Virus record (IMG/VR): IMGVR_UViG_3300046005_001038
Coordinates: 1 to 64,000 of that record
Length of the DNA stretch: 64,000 nt
Strand: one strand, 5' to 3'
From: a virus
Of this stretch, positions 29,075-40,600 are shown piece by piece. The notes under the pieces were generated by a model. The model saw nothing but the letters and a program-made list of their open reading frames with translations. It was not told the origin of the DNA and made no database searches. How positions within the stretch are numbered: position 1 is the stretch's first letter; each line of letters begins with the position of its first letter. The position numbers and the translations under genes were made by a program.

Positions 29075-29485
29075 TTATAATAAACTCGCATTATAAAAGA
29101 AAGTATCCATATTTGAATCTGTCATACTTAATGCAGCTTGCAATGCTGAAACCAACGGATTACTACGTTGAACTTCTGTAGCGTATTCCCACTCAATTTG
29201 TGCAGCTTGTGACATTGTTGAAATTTGAGCATTAACAACATCAAGTAAGTTCATTGAGAGTAACTGCAATCGCGCTTGACGCATTGAAATCACAATCGGG
29301 ATATAAACAACTGGCTCAACATAAGGCGGCACAGGCGTGACAAATTCACCATTGATATAATCATCGCCAACATTCGCCGTTTCGGTTTTGACTAATTCCC
29401 AGTCGCTAGGCATTTGGTCTAAGTCCTCATCTAACAACACGATGACATTTTCTACTTTTGAATCTAAAATTTTTGCATATCTCAT
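29075..29485 (-). CDS. tail fibre-associated / assembly protein
   Basis: MRYA.I....VENVIV, IS.RQARL.L, IEWEYA..V.R; follows tail fibre gene. Confidence 0.65.
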   Translation of the reverse strand: MRYAKILDSKVENVIVLLDEDLDQMPSDWELVKTETANVGDDYINGEFVTPVPPYVEPVVYIPIVISMRQARLQLLSMNLLDVVNAQISTMSQAAQIEWEYATEVQRSNPLVSALQAALSMTDSNMDTFFYNASLL

Positions 29486-31020
29486 TATTCCACCCACTCA
29501 ATTAAACAATACCCTGCTGCTCCAGCCGTTCCTGCTGAATAAATAGTTGTATTTGACGAATAACCACCTGCGCCACCATGACCCGAGTTAGCTATTGGGG
29601 ATGTAGCATTAGTGTTTATTGTATTAAATCGTGTGCCACCAGCCGCAGAATCCCCACCACCGTCACCACCTACCCATGTGGCATTACCGCTTAAATGAAA
29701 ACCGTTTCTACCGTATTCATATCCAGCTCCACCTCTCAAAACGCATACATTGTTAGTCGCGCCAGAAGCTCCTATACCAGCAGAACCTCCATTAGCCGAC
29801 GCAGTTACTCCGCCAGATACGCTTGTTGTTCCACCAGGATTCCCATCCTGTCCAGCTCCTCCGTTAGCTGTACCTCCAGCACCGATTGTCACAGTTATAT
29901 TACCTGTTACGGTGAACACACCTTCTGTAATATAACCAGAACCGCCACCACTACCACCAGTAAGTAAATTTGTAGCATGATAATTTCCACATCCGCCAGA
30001 ACCGCCGCCGCCACGCAACGTAATTTTAACTTTCGTCACATTAGCTGGCTTTGTCCATGTTCCAGACGTAGTGAATAATTGAGAAGCGATGGTTTTATCT
30101 ATTTGAATGTTACCTGCTCCGAGAATAGATGTGTTGTTTATCGTTTTAACATCTGTTCCTGAAACAACAGTTCCTAATACAGACCCGTTACCTTTTGCCA
30201 ACCCGTTAATGTTGGTGGGATTCCCTGTATTTACAGAACCAGTAGCACCAGTATTACCTTGAACACCCTGCAATCCACTTAATGAAATCAACCAATCAGC
30301 AAAAGTACCTGTTCCACCAATAGCCGTTACATTAACAATCAATGTCGTTGCAGAATAACTTGTCACTTGCCCGTACATATAATTTGCGGGGTTAGCTGAT
30401 GAAGCGACCGTGACAAATTGCCCTGCAATGAATTGTTCTCCGCTCTGTGTTGTAAAGGTTTTTGAACCTGTACTAATTGTTGTGTTGGTTGTTGATGTTG
30501 AAGTAAGTGTGTTTGATTGTTGGGCTGCGGCATCGGCGGATGCTTGAGCATTTAAAGCATATTGTTTTGCAGAATAACTTGTTCCATCTACAGTTGTCGA
30601 TAATTTAGAAGCCCATAATTTTGCTGATTGAGCGACGTTTCCAACTGCATATTCTTTTGCAGAATACTCAGTTGTATTCCCCACAGTAGTAGTAATCTTA
30701 GTAGCCCAATCTTTAGCTGAACCACCGATTGTGTCTACACCAACGCCACCAATCGCCCATGCTTTAGAACTATAATCCGTACTAAGCACTAAACCTGTAG
30801 TTAAACTAGCCCATTGCGACGCTGTGGTTGCTGATGAATTAGAATTTGTTGCTTGTGTAACAACATAATTAGCTACACTCACATTATCCAAAATAAGCGG
30901 CAATAAGCGTTCTACATGACCGCCGCCATCTAACCCAGTTGTGGGTGAAGAATCGTCCGTGTAAATGTGTTCTATACCATCACTCGACATTGATGCGGGG
31001 ACAGTTACTGTAACCGTCAT
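29485..31020 (-). CDS. tail fibre protein with glycine-rich C-terminal domain
   Basis: SAK.(W/Y)A repeats, FTTSGTWTKP..V..V...GGGG, Gly-rich tip. Confidence 0.8.
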   Translation of the reverse strand: MTVTVTVPASMSSDGIEHIYTDDSSPTTGLDGGGHVERLLPLILDNVSVANYVVTQATNSNSSATTASQWASLTTGLVLSTDYSSKAWAIGGVGVDTIGGSAKDWATKITTTVGNTTEYSAKEYAVGNVAQSAKLWASKLSTTVDGTSYSAKQYALNAQASADAAAQQSNTLTSTSTTNTTISTGSKTFTTQSGEQFIAGQFVTVASSANPANYMYGQVTSYSATTLIVNVTAIGGTGTFADWLISLSGLQGVQGNTGATGSVNTGNPTNINGLAKGNGSVLGTVVSGTDVKTINNTSILGAGNIQIDKTIASQLFTTSGTWTKPANVTKVKITLRGGGGSGGCGNYHATNLLTGGSGGGSGYITEGVFTVTGNITVTIGAGGTANGGAGQDGNPGGTTSVSGGVTASANGGSAGIGASGATNNVCVLRGGAGYEYGRNGFHLSGNATWVGGDGGGDSAAGGTRFNTINTNATSPIANSGHGGAGGYSSNTTIYSAGTAGAAGYCLIEWVE

Positions 31021-32216
31021 AATAACTCCTTAATGTTAATTGAAGAACCGTATAAACCAACATTAGGTTGTGTTATCGGGTTTAATTGTGAAAAACGTCC
31101 AATAAATGAACGTGCGTATTGATATGAACCAGTATCTTCTACATCATAAGCATAAAGAACTTCTCTTGTGATACCTTGTGAACGACTTGCTTCATAAATA
31201 CCGCCAAAGGCTTCATCTTCTGTTAAATAGTTCCATTGAATGTCCACTGTGCGAGCTTTTTGCTTTTCGTAGAAGAATTCTGTTCCTGAATTTGACACAC
31301 TGATTTCAGAATTATCTTGAAATCCATGTGAAATAGAACCGTACTCAGGATTGATATTAGGCATCGTGTATTGACCAATGAATAACCGTCCAAATTCAAT
31401 AAATAAATCAGGATGTGTCGCTTCGGTTGAATCATCTAAATCAATGTGTAAATGTGTTCCGACAGGCTGATTACCTGTCAGAACGTCTTTTAAAAATGAA
31501 ATATGAATTTTTGTAAAAGACAGTCTTTGTTCTTCTTCAATTGTTCCTCGCCACAAGTTCGTACTACGCCACGATAAGAATGCTGAATTACTAGGTAGAA
31601 TGCGTTTCCACACATTTACCCATTCAGGCTTGTTTAACACAATGGATTCCGTTTTACCTGACTGTAATCCATAACCCACATACCAAATCGAATACGATGT
31701 TTGAGTGCCATTATTAACGTAATCACCCGTTCTACTAACCGTTAAACTTGTACCAGAATGTGACACAACAGTTGCATTAAAATACGAACCCGATGTATAA
31801 TCATTTTTGTCAGAACTAAATGCGAAGAAACGTAGTTTAGTTCCCGTAGCAATAGTAGGCACAGATGAATTTAACGTCAGCGTAACATTGTTAGTTCCCA
31901 TAATATCGACAGTAGAATTACTATATTCAATAGGAGGTTCATTGAAAACTGAAAACTTAACTTTTGCAGAAGTGCTTAAATTGTGGTTAATCAAACCAAT
32001 CGCACCGAAGATTCGATACGGTAAGTTTTTAAGCGAAGTAGCAAAAGAAACCTTTTTAGCTGAAATTGAACCGAAATTGCTTGTTCTTGCTGTTTCAGCT
32101 AAAATAGGTGTTGTAATGTTACTCAAAGGTAAGTTAGAATTGTTCGTCCAAGTCACTTGATGTAATTTATTTAGTTCAAGTAATCTATTTGGATAAGCAA
32201 TTGCAACGTTACTCAT
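31017..32216 (-). CDS. minor tail (distal-tail-like) protein
   Basis: L.NHNLS..A, IEFGRLFIG...P.IN..YG; position in tail tip module. Confidence 0.7.
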   Translation of the reverse strand: MSNVAIAYPNRLLELNKLHQVTWTNNSNLPLSNITTPILAETARTSNFGSISAKKVSFATSLKNLPYRIFGAIGLINHNLSTSAKVKFSVFNEPPIEYSNSTVDIMGTNNVTLTLNSSVPTIATGTKLRFFAFSSDKNDYTSGSYFNATVVSHSGTSLTVSRTGDYVNNGTQTSYSIWYVGYGLQSGKTESIVLNKPEWVNVWKRILPSNSAFLSWRSTNLWRGTIEEEQRLSFTKIHISFLKDVLTGNQPVGTHLHIDLDDSTEATHPDLFIEFGRLFIGQYTMPNINPEYGSISHGFQDNSEISVSNSGTEFFYEKQKARTVDIQWNYLTEDEAFGGIYEASRSQGITREVLYAYDVEDTGSYQYARSFIGRFSQLNPITQPNVGLYGSSINIKELL

Positions 32217-34627
32217 AATTTGTAACCCATTAAGTTCATTGTAATTGATTTGCGTTTAATATCCATTTCATACCCGATAAGTCTAAATTTAACTGTCTGA
32301 TTATACCACAATCTATCATACTTTACAAGAACTGTTTGACCTATTTTTATATCAGGTAATGTACTAAAATAAGCCGTTAATGACACCACATCACAGCGTT
32401 TTTTAAAATAAGCAAGCAATCTATCTGTCACAGTTTGTGTATTAGCTTGCGATACCAATAATGATTCAAATTGTAATCGTTGTGATTGAGGATGTTTTTG
32501 TTTAATAATGGTATCAACCGATTCCTGTGTGAGATATTGTTGTAACAATCTCGCTTTTCTTGCTTGTGTGGTCGCACCTAATACATCTTTTTGTACTGTT
32601 TCAATCTTACCGTATTTGCCCACAACTGAATAATACGGAACACCGTTTTCACCTACACCAGTAGCTGTTCGTTCACATGATGTGATTTGATAAGGTAGAA
32701 TTGAAATATCGGCTGTTGTAGATGGTTCTTCATAAATATCTGCATTCATAATATACGAACTGTTATCAATCGAATCACCAAACCACCAATAACCACCGAC
32801 AGACTTCACAATTGAATCTAACACAGACCTAAAACTGGCTTCTTGATTGATATACAATCCAATTCCACCAGAACTAACCGAATTCAACTTTGTAATAGCG
32901 GATGAATTTACTGTGATAGATTTGCTTGTAGCATAAGTAACGGACGAGTCTGAAAAATCAGCAGTAATTTCAGTTAATGGGATTGGAGCGTAAGGATATT
33001 CTGTACTATTCAAAGGTGTGACTTTAAATAGATTCTGATACGCAATCCAAGTACCCTGTGCAGGTGTTGTTGCATTAAATGTACTTAATGAACCTGTCAC
33101 AATGCCCGATGTAAATTTAACACCGCTATTGTACACATTCTCAATGATAGTTGACGTTGTACCGCTAACTTGATATTTATTAGTTGGTGCATCGATTAAT
33201 GTCGGTGTTTCAAATATCGTTCTCATTCCTGATGAAAAACTAATTGATTGACAGACTTTATTAAAGACTTCCCCTGCTGAAATCACACTTGGTTTCAAAA
33301 CTGAAACAGGTGTTGATATAGTTTTAATATAGTCTGTCGCAAAGCTACCTTGTTCTAATTGTGCGCCCCAGATGAATACTCCTGATGTGCCATCACCCGT
33401 GTAGCCTAGACTTGAGCCTTGAAATAATCTCGCCCACATTGTAAAAGAAACCACACTAATGCTTACAGTAAGTGTACAGCGAACCCATCCGTTACCTGCA
33501 TCTGTTATTGTGGCAGAGGGTGAGGTGTAGCCAGTTCCTACCACGCTTGGTGCAGATAAAATGGTGTTATTTGTGGTGTCAAAACCAACAAAACAATAGT
33601 TAGCAGACCCGTCGGAATTTCTAAGCCATATTGAGAAGTTGCGCTCAGAACTCTTAACGTATATGGACGCTGTGTATGTATTCGTACCTGAATTAGATAT
33701 GACGATGCTATTAGTGTAATGTAGTGTATTAACTGTATTCTCAACCAACTTATCCGCAGTCAAAGTACCGTCTGGTGAGGTTGTTGCATTTGCGGTGATA
33801 GTCGCATTAGATTTAGTCCAAGCCACATTATCAAATTGTTCTGAATAAGTTAGTAAGTTTGTCCTATAAGCAACAACTACTTCTCCATCATGCGCGTCAC
33901 AAGTGATTTCCTGATGATTATGGTCACCAACTTTGAAATACCCTTGAAAATGATGAAATTCACCTGCTGACACATTGTCTGAAATCAATTCAGCTAATGA
34001 TACACACTCATGTGATTTAGTGAGAGCAACACCTTTATCATAAACAGCATCTATCACACAGGTTGATAAATCACTCACTTGAAATAAATCAATGTTCGCA
34101 TAACACATTACAGGTGACGCATTAGTCACAGTACCATAAACACGAGGTTTAACATTACCCATCACATCTGTTGGTAACCCTTCAACTCCACCTCCACCTG
34201 TGTATCTTGCTTGCGTTAAAGGTGTGTCTAAAGATTCAGATAACGATTTTAACGTCAAATAAATTGAATTACCACGTTGATTAATTCTCGTCACAATACC
34301 TTTGAACCATGTTGTGACGACATTATTAGCATCGACTAACTGTAATGTACAATCACGACCATCTAAATAATAATCTGCCAGATAATTTAATCCACCATCT
34401 GTATTATCAAGTTCGATTTCACCAATAGATGATTGTCCTGATATGTTTGGTAATAACCCTCCATCATTAACCGCAATCGTAACCCTCGCAGGCTGTTTCA
34501 TGCGAGGTTGATAATAAATACCGTTTGAATCTTTATAGCCATCATCTGAAAAGTAGATGACGCTGGGCGAACCCAGCGAATCTAAAACATTGATGGTACA
34601 AATCCAAGAACCTTGAATTTTAGCCAT
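32213..34627 (-). CDS. tail tip/hub protein with inserted carbohydrate-binding-like module
   Basis: GEIELDN.DG.L, KPRVYG.V.N..P; insert RTNLLTYSEQFDN...IWGAQLE.G..ATDYI. Confidence 0.75.
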   Translation of the reverse strand: MAKIQGSWICTINVLDSLGSPSVIYFSDDGYKDSNGIYYQPRMKQPARVTIAVNDGGLLPNISGQSSIGEIELDNTDGGLNYLADYYLDGRDCTLQLVDANNVVTTWFKGIVTRINQRGNSIYLTLKSLSESLDTPLTQARYTGGGGVEGLPTDVMGNVKPRVYGTVTNASPVMCYANIDLFQVSDLSTCVIDAVYDKGVALTKSHECVSLAELISDNVSAGEFHHFQGYFKVGDHNHQEITCDAHDGEVVVAYRTNLLTYSEQFDNVAWTKSNATITANATTSPDGTLTADKLVENTVNTLHYTNSIVISNSGTNTYTASIYVKSSERNFSIWLRNSDGSANYCFVGFDTTNNTILSAPSVVGTGYTSPSATITDAGNGWVRCTLTVSISVVSFTMWARLFQGSSLGYTGDGTSGVFIWGAQLEQGSFATDYIKTISTPVSVLKPSVISAGEVFNKVCQSISFSSGMRTIFETPTLIDAPTNKYQVSGTTSTIIENVYNSGVKFTSGIVTGSLSTFNATTPAQGTWIAYQNLFKVTPLNSTEYPYAPIPLTEITADFSDSSVTYATSKSITVNSSAITKLNSVSSGGIGLYINQEASFRSVLDSIVKSVGGYWWFGDSIDNSSYIMNADIYEEPSTTADISILPYQITSCERTATGVGENGVPYYSVVGKYGKIETVQKDVLGATTQARKARLLQQYLTQESVDTIIKQKHPQSQRLQFESLLVSQANTQTVTDRLLAYFKKRCDVVSLTAYFSTLPDIKIGQTVLVKYDRLWYNQTVKFRLIGYEMDIKRKSITMNLMGYKL

Positions 34628-37600
34628 TTACTTGTTTCCTTGTGGTTGAATCAATTGAATCGAGTTTGTCATTTGTAACTTCGTTTTGTTTAATTAATGT
34701 TCGGAAAGCTGCTTGCATGACTTCAATTTGTGCTTGCAACAGTTTGTTTTGTGTTTTCAACTCAGCTAATTCTTCTTCATTATTACCTGAATCATTAGCG
34801 GCAATCGCTCTCACACCTAATGAACCATTTATATTGGCCAAAGGCATGATTGCTTCTGAACCTGATTCACCCATCAAGCCCATATTGAACACAGTGGGTT
34901 TAGACACAATGCCATTTGTGAATGCACCGCCTGATGCAAAATAACCATTTGTAGAGAAATACCCATTTTTAGCATCCATATATTTTTCAAAATCTTGCCA
35001 ACTACTAAGTCCTAGCTTGCGTAACATTCCTTCTACATCGGTGTAGTCACCATAATAACCTACATTTATCGCTTCACCTTCTAAGACGGAAGTTCCGTAA
35101 TTAAAATATCTAGGTGTTAGTGTAGGTGTTGACGTAGCAATATTAGAAGGAGGTATGCTTGGAATTACTGGTGATGGTACAACAGGTAATTCAGGTACAA
35201 CTGCTGTAGGAATTTGAACTCCTACTGAAGCTCCCGCGTTAGCTGCATTTTGTGCAGTTATTTGTGCGCCGATTGCTTGTAATGCTGCTAAAGCTGCGTT
35301 GGCTGCGGCAACAATATCATTGATAGATTGAATCAATGCTGAGGTATTAGCTGCTGGAAATACCATTACTGGAATTTCAATATCTGAGAAAGTTTCGATA
35401 ATTCTAGCTAGCTCATCTTTTAAAGCCGTACCGCCTCCAACACCAATACCTGCCATAAGTTCGTTAAACGCAAGTGCGAATTCGCTTTCAGGGTTTAATG
35501 TCAATTTAACATCTTCAACAAATGTTGCCAGAATGCCTGTTGCAGAATCTAAAGCAGATGTCTCAGTATCTAACAATAGTTGGCTGATATTCAAAGCAGA
35601 AATCATGTCGGTCATACCTACGGAGATTGTACCTAACACATCGGTCATTGTATCGGTTAATTCCGCAGTAGGAACTTCTATTTTGGTTTTAACAACGGCA
35701 TTGTATTTATCTAACGCTTCAGATAGGTTTGTCATAAATGAAATTTTATCTTCATCTGACATTTCAGGTGTTGCAACCACACTTAATGTAGCAGTCGTGG
35801 TTAAAACTAGATTTTCGGCAGCTTTTGCTTTGATTGAATCATTAAACGTACTTATTGCCACTAATACTGTGCTACTAATTGCTTTTTCAAACACATCTAA
35901 CGCAGGAAGTTTTAACGAATCTGAAATTTCAGAGCTTGATTTTAATGTGTTATAAGCAGCGTAAGATTTCTCAATAGCATCGCCGATAACAGTACCTTTT
36001 AAAGCATCAGGTAGAGCGAAGATTCCTGTTTTAATATCTTCTAATAAATCAACCATTCGCAACTGCGGGTCAACTTGTTGTGGTAGCACACTTACAGCAT
36101 CAATCACTTGTTGTATCAACTCATTACCTTCTTTAGACGAACCATAGAAGTTACGAATTGCAGTAATTGTTTGGTCTGCCGTACCTGTGATAGAACCTTC
36201 AATAGCTGATTTAATATCAGCAACTGTTTTTCCAGTATTAGCAATATCGGTTTGTGCCATATATTTATTAAGATTAGCAATTGTGTTTTTGTCAGTAATA
36301 CCCGACATATCAATTGAACCCACACCCGTAGATGATTTATAAGCTGATAATTGATACGCCAATTTACCTTGTGCTGTATCTAATTGTGACTTAGTAGAAC
36401 CTAATTGTGTGATTTGTAATCCGATAGCCCAATCAGCGATAGCGCGTCTAAAATCGCGTAATTGCTGTATTGATTTTGACAAATCAACTTTATTTAAATT
36501 ATCAACATACATTTTGACCATTGCATCAGACTTTTTCAAAGTACCTTCAACACCAGAAATCGTTTCGTTTCCATACTTTTTAATCATGTCGTTTTTGTAC
36601 TTTTCTAATGCAAGTACCTTTTTACCTGCTTCATCAGCTAATGCGTATTTAGCATCGTAACCAGCTTGTTCTGCATCATCTAAGAATGATTTCGCCTTAT
36701 TGATGTCACGAGTTAATTTCATGGTTTCGATGAATTCTTTCGCTGCACTAGATGCTTCTCCGAACACAGAATTGATTTCAGCGATTTGAATGTTAAATTC
36801 AACTAAGCTACGATTATATTCGTCTAAACCTGCAACAGCTAATGCGTTTGATAATTCTTTACGTTTATTAGCAATGTCTTGTGCTGTAGCTACTTTAACT
36901 TCTGTCAAACCCGATGCGTTTCTAGCATCTGTAATGGCTTTAGTTTGACGTAACATATCAATGTAGGTATTTGCCGCATCTGAACCTTCACCGAACATAT
37001 CGTTAATCGCTTTAATATCTTTTCCTAATTGATAATCTCCTTTTTGTGTATCAGACATTCCTGCTACTAATAAGTTATCCTTCAACTCATTGTATTTACC
37101 TGTAACTAAAGATTGCTCTTTTGCACGTTGTAAAATCAATATGTCGTTTATTTTAGTAGACGATTCATTATTCATTTCTCTAGCAATTCGCAATTCTTCA
37201 GCATTTTGCATCATCCGTTTGTTATATTCAGATGTTAATTGATTTTCAGACGTAATCAAACTATCAATCGATAACTTTTGTTTTGCTGCATAGTCAGCTT
37301 TGTTTTTCGTATCAATCAATGCGTCGGAATATGCTTTTAACGAGCGTTCAGTCACATTAACTGTTTCAGTAATACCGTAGAACTTCTTATCAGTTTCAGA
37401 TAACGTCGCGTTCCAACTAACGATGCTAGGTAATAAATCGCTGTCGATTTGAGAAACTAAAGAACTAATATCTGTACCGATACTCAATTCAGTCAATGAA
37501 TCTTTTGAAGCCTTAGCAGTCATGTAATCTTTAGACTTTGTAGTCGATAAAATTACATCTGTAATTTTTAACACAGATTGTTGTCTTTCTAACACAGTTT

Positions 37601-40600
37601 GTAATGTTTCTGTAGAATCAATTAAGCCTGATACGACTTTGTTGATGCCTTCTGATTGTGACGTAAGATTATTCATCCAATAATCCATCACCTCAAGTTG
37701 TGTTGACGTATCTTTAATTGATAGAATCGTACTAACTTGTTTCAATAAATCATTAAATATCGGATTAGATTTATCGATTTTAAACGTACTTGCGATAAAT
37801 GCTTCAGGATTCTCTTTAGCAGTAGTAAGCTGTTGTAAACGAGTTTCGTTTTTATCAAACATAGATAGCATACTTGTCACAAACAATCCGTTTGCACCAG
37901 TTTGATTATCCAACTTACCTTTGATTTCATCTAAATCTGACTTTTTAATATCCGATGTTTTCAAATTCATCAATGCGTCAACAGAACCTTTAGCGAATCG
38001 GTCTGCCCATTTCTGAACACGCTCTGAGTCAAAACCCGCCATGTCTTGGGGTAATAATGCTTTAAGACTAGACGTGCCTGTTAATAGATTTTGTAATGTG
38101 GTAGAATTTTCATTCACACTTTTGAAAGTTGCATCAATTGACTTTTTCAAATCTAAATTATTCAAATCTGTGTTCACAGTGGTGATATTGTAACCTGGTG
38201 AAACAGAGAACATTTTTGAATAGTTTTCAATGTTACTTACAATACGAGTTTCATTGTCTTTTAACACTTTACTGAACGTATTGAAGAACGCTGTGTCTTT
38301 AGTAACGTCTTTTTTATTTTTAGCATCTAAGTCAGAGAGTTTTAAATCAACAATCTTACTTACATCACCACCTGTGTATTTATTAGCATAGGCTTTTGCG
38401 TAAGTAGCATTTGTTTTTTCTAAATCACTACCTGTCACAGAAGATTCTGTAATTTTAAAGTCAGTTGGAGCTTTAGTTGTGAGTGAATTGAGCAATGTAA
38501 TCTGATTATTGATATTAGTAAAAATCTCACTTAGACCTTTATTCGCAATATCAAATTTTTCACCTTTAGACGTTACGACATTAAAGAATTTGTCAATAGC
38601 TGACGTAAAGTTTTTCAAACCATCATTTGCTTTACCTGTTGAATCGTACATTTGAATCAACTGCTCAGACATAATTGCAAAACCTAACGTGCCTAAATTT
38701 TTACTTTCTACACCGAGGTCTTTGAATTTTTCATTAACTTGGTTAATATCAATCGCAACTCGCGTTAAGGTTTCAAATGCGCCTTCACCCATGCGTTTAA
38801 ATCTATCTAAGAATCCATTAGTCACATCATCTGCAATTAAATCGAATGTTGTGTTTAACGAATCACTTACTTTTTTCGTAATAGCATCAGATTTCAAACC
38901 TTTCAAATCTAATTTTATTTTAGGAATAATCGCTTTAGTATCGCTTACTACTTGCAATCCTAAGATGTTCAAAGATTTAGATAGTTCTGTTGAAAAATAA
39001 CCAAACACACCTTTAAATGAATTTGTCATTTCATTATTAACACCATTGATAGTGTCATAAATCTTAACTGTGTCTGAGAACCAACCTTTAGTTGTCGCTT
39101 TTATTTTTGAATAATCATAAACTTTTAGCGCGTCAGCAGCTCCGCCAATGATGAATTGGTTAGCTTGCATTGTAATACCTGAACCAATTGCTTCAAATTT
39201 AGTTTTACCGATACCTAATAATTTACCTAAACCAAATTGTAATCCCGCTAAAATTAATCCACCAGCAAGTCCTATGATAGCTCCCCCAACCATCATCCCT
39301 GTTGAACCAACCCCCACTCCAACAGAAGTGGCAGTCCCCATACCTACCGCAGTTGCGGCAGACGCAGCTAATGCACCACCAGCAAGCCCCATACCAGCAG
39401 CTCCCATCGCAGTTGATGAAACCAAACCAGCTCCAATCATACCAGCAGAACCCGCAGGATTTTTAGAACTTGCTGTCATTCCAGTAGTAGAACCAATCCA
39501 ACCACCTTGTCTGTTTACCGCTAACGAGATTGTGTTATCAACTGCCTTTGTGATATTTTTAAATCCATCCGCAATATCGCGTAATGCACCGTATTCTTTC
39601 ACATGGATAGATTGCAATGTATTTGTGATATTATCGACTGAGCGAGAAGATTCTGACGATGCTCCGTACACAGAGCTAGTAAAAGCCGATTCAGGTGTTG
39701 AAGTGTCTACAGGTTTAGTTTTGAAAAGCGTTTGCATTAAACTAATCGCCATTCCACCAATCATTGCTGCTCCACCAGCTAACCAGTTTCCTGACATCAT
39801 CGCATTCATACCGATGTTCATTAAACTTGAGCTAATATTAGACACAAGGTTTTTAAACATATCGCGAAACGCATCAGTAAAGGATTTACCTTTAGTCAAC
39901 ACATCTGTGAACATGGTTGTAAAACCTGATGTAATTGAACCTGTCACAGTATCTTTAACAGAGGTTAATAGTTTTAGATTTTCTCTCGTATCAATCAAAT
40001 CTCTAATTTCTTGTGCCTGTGTTCCTGTCGCTCCTGCTTGTTTGATTTTAGACTGTTTTTCTAACTCTAATGTAGAAGTTGTCAAAGAGGTTAGTAAATC
40101 GTCATTACCTTTAATTAAATCAGGTATAACATTACGTTGTTGTTCTTTTAGTGATAATTGAATACGATATAAGTCAGTAATTTCTTTATTCTTAATAAGA
40201 AGTTCAGAATCTGTATCAAGCAACATAGTTTCAGTATCTACTCTCATTGCAGCGTAAGCAGAATTTCCAGTTTGTTTGAATAATTTTTCATATTCATCAG
40301 CCATATCTGTTAATTCTTTTTTGGTTGCTGATAATTCATCACGCAATTTTAATTGCTCTTTAATCGAACTATCTATTGCAGGAACAGCGAATCCACCGAG
40401 TTCTTTAGCTAAATCTTTTGCTTTTAGTGACACATCTTGACGTTCTCGCAATTCATCAAACGCATGACTATAAGCATACCCAGCTTTTTCTAGCTTTAAT
40501 AAATCTTGAAGTTCACCAGCTCTACGACTACGCTCTGTATCAGCAATTTCATTCGCTTTAATGTATGCTTGGTCTTGCCAACCAATTTGTTTTCTAATTA

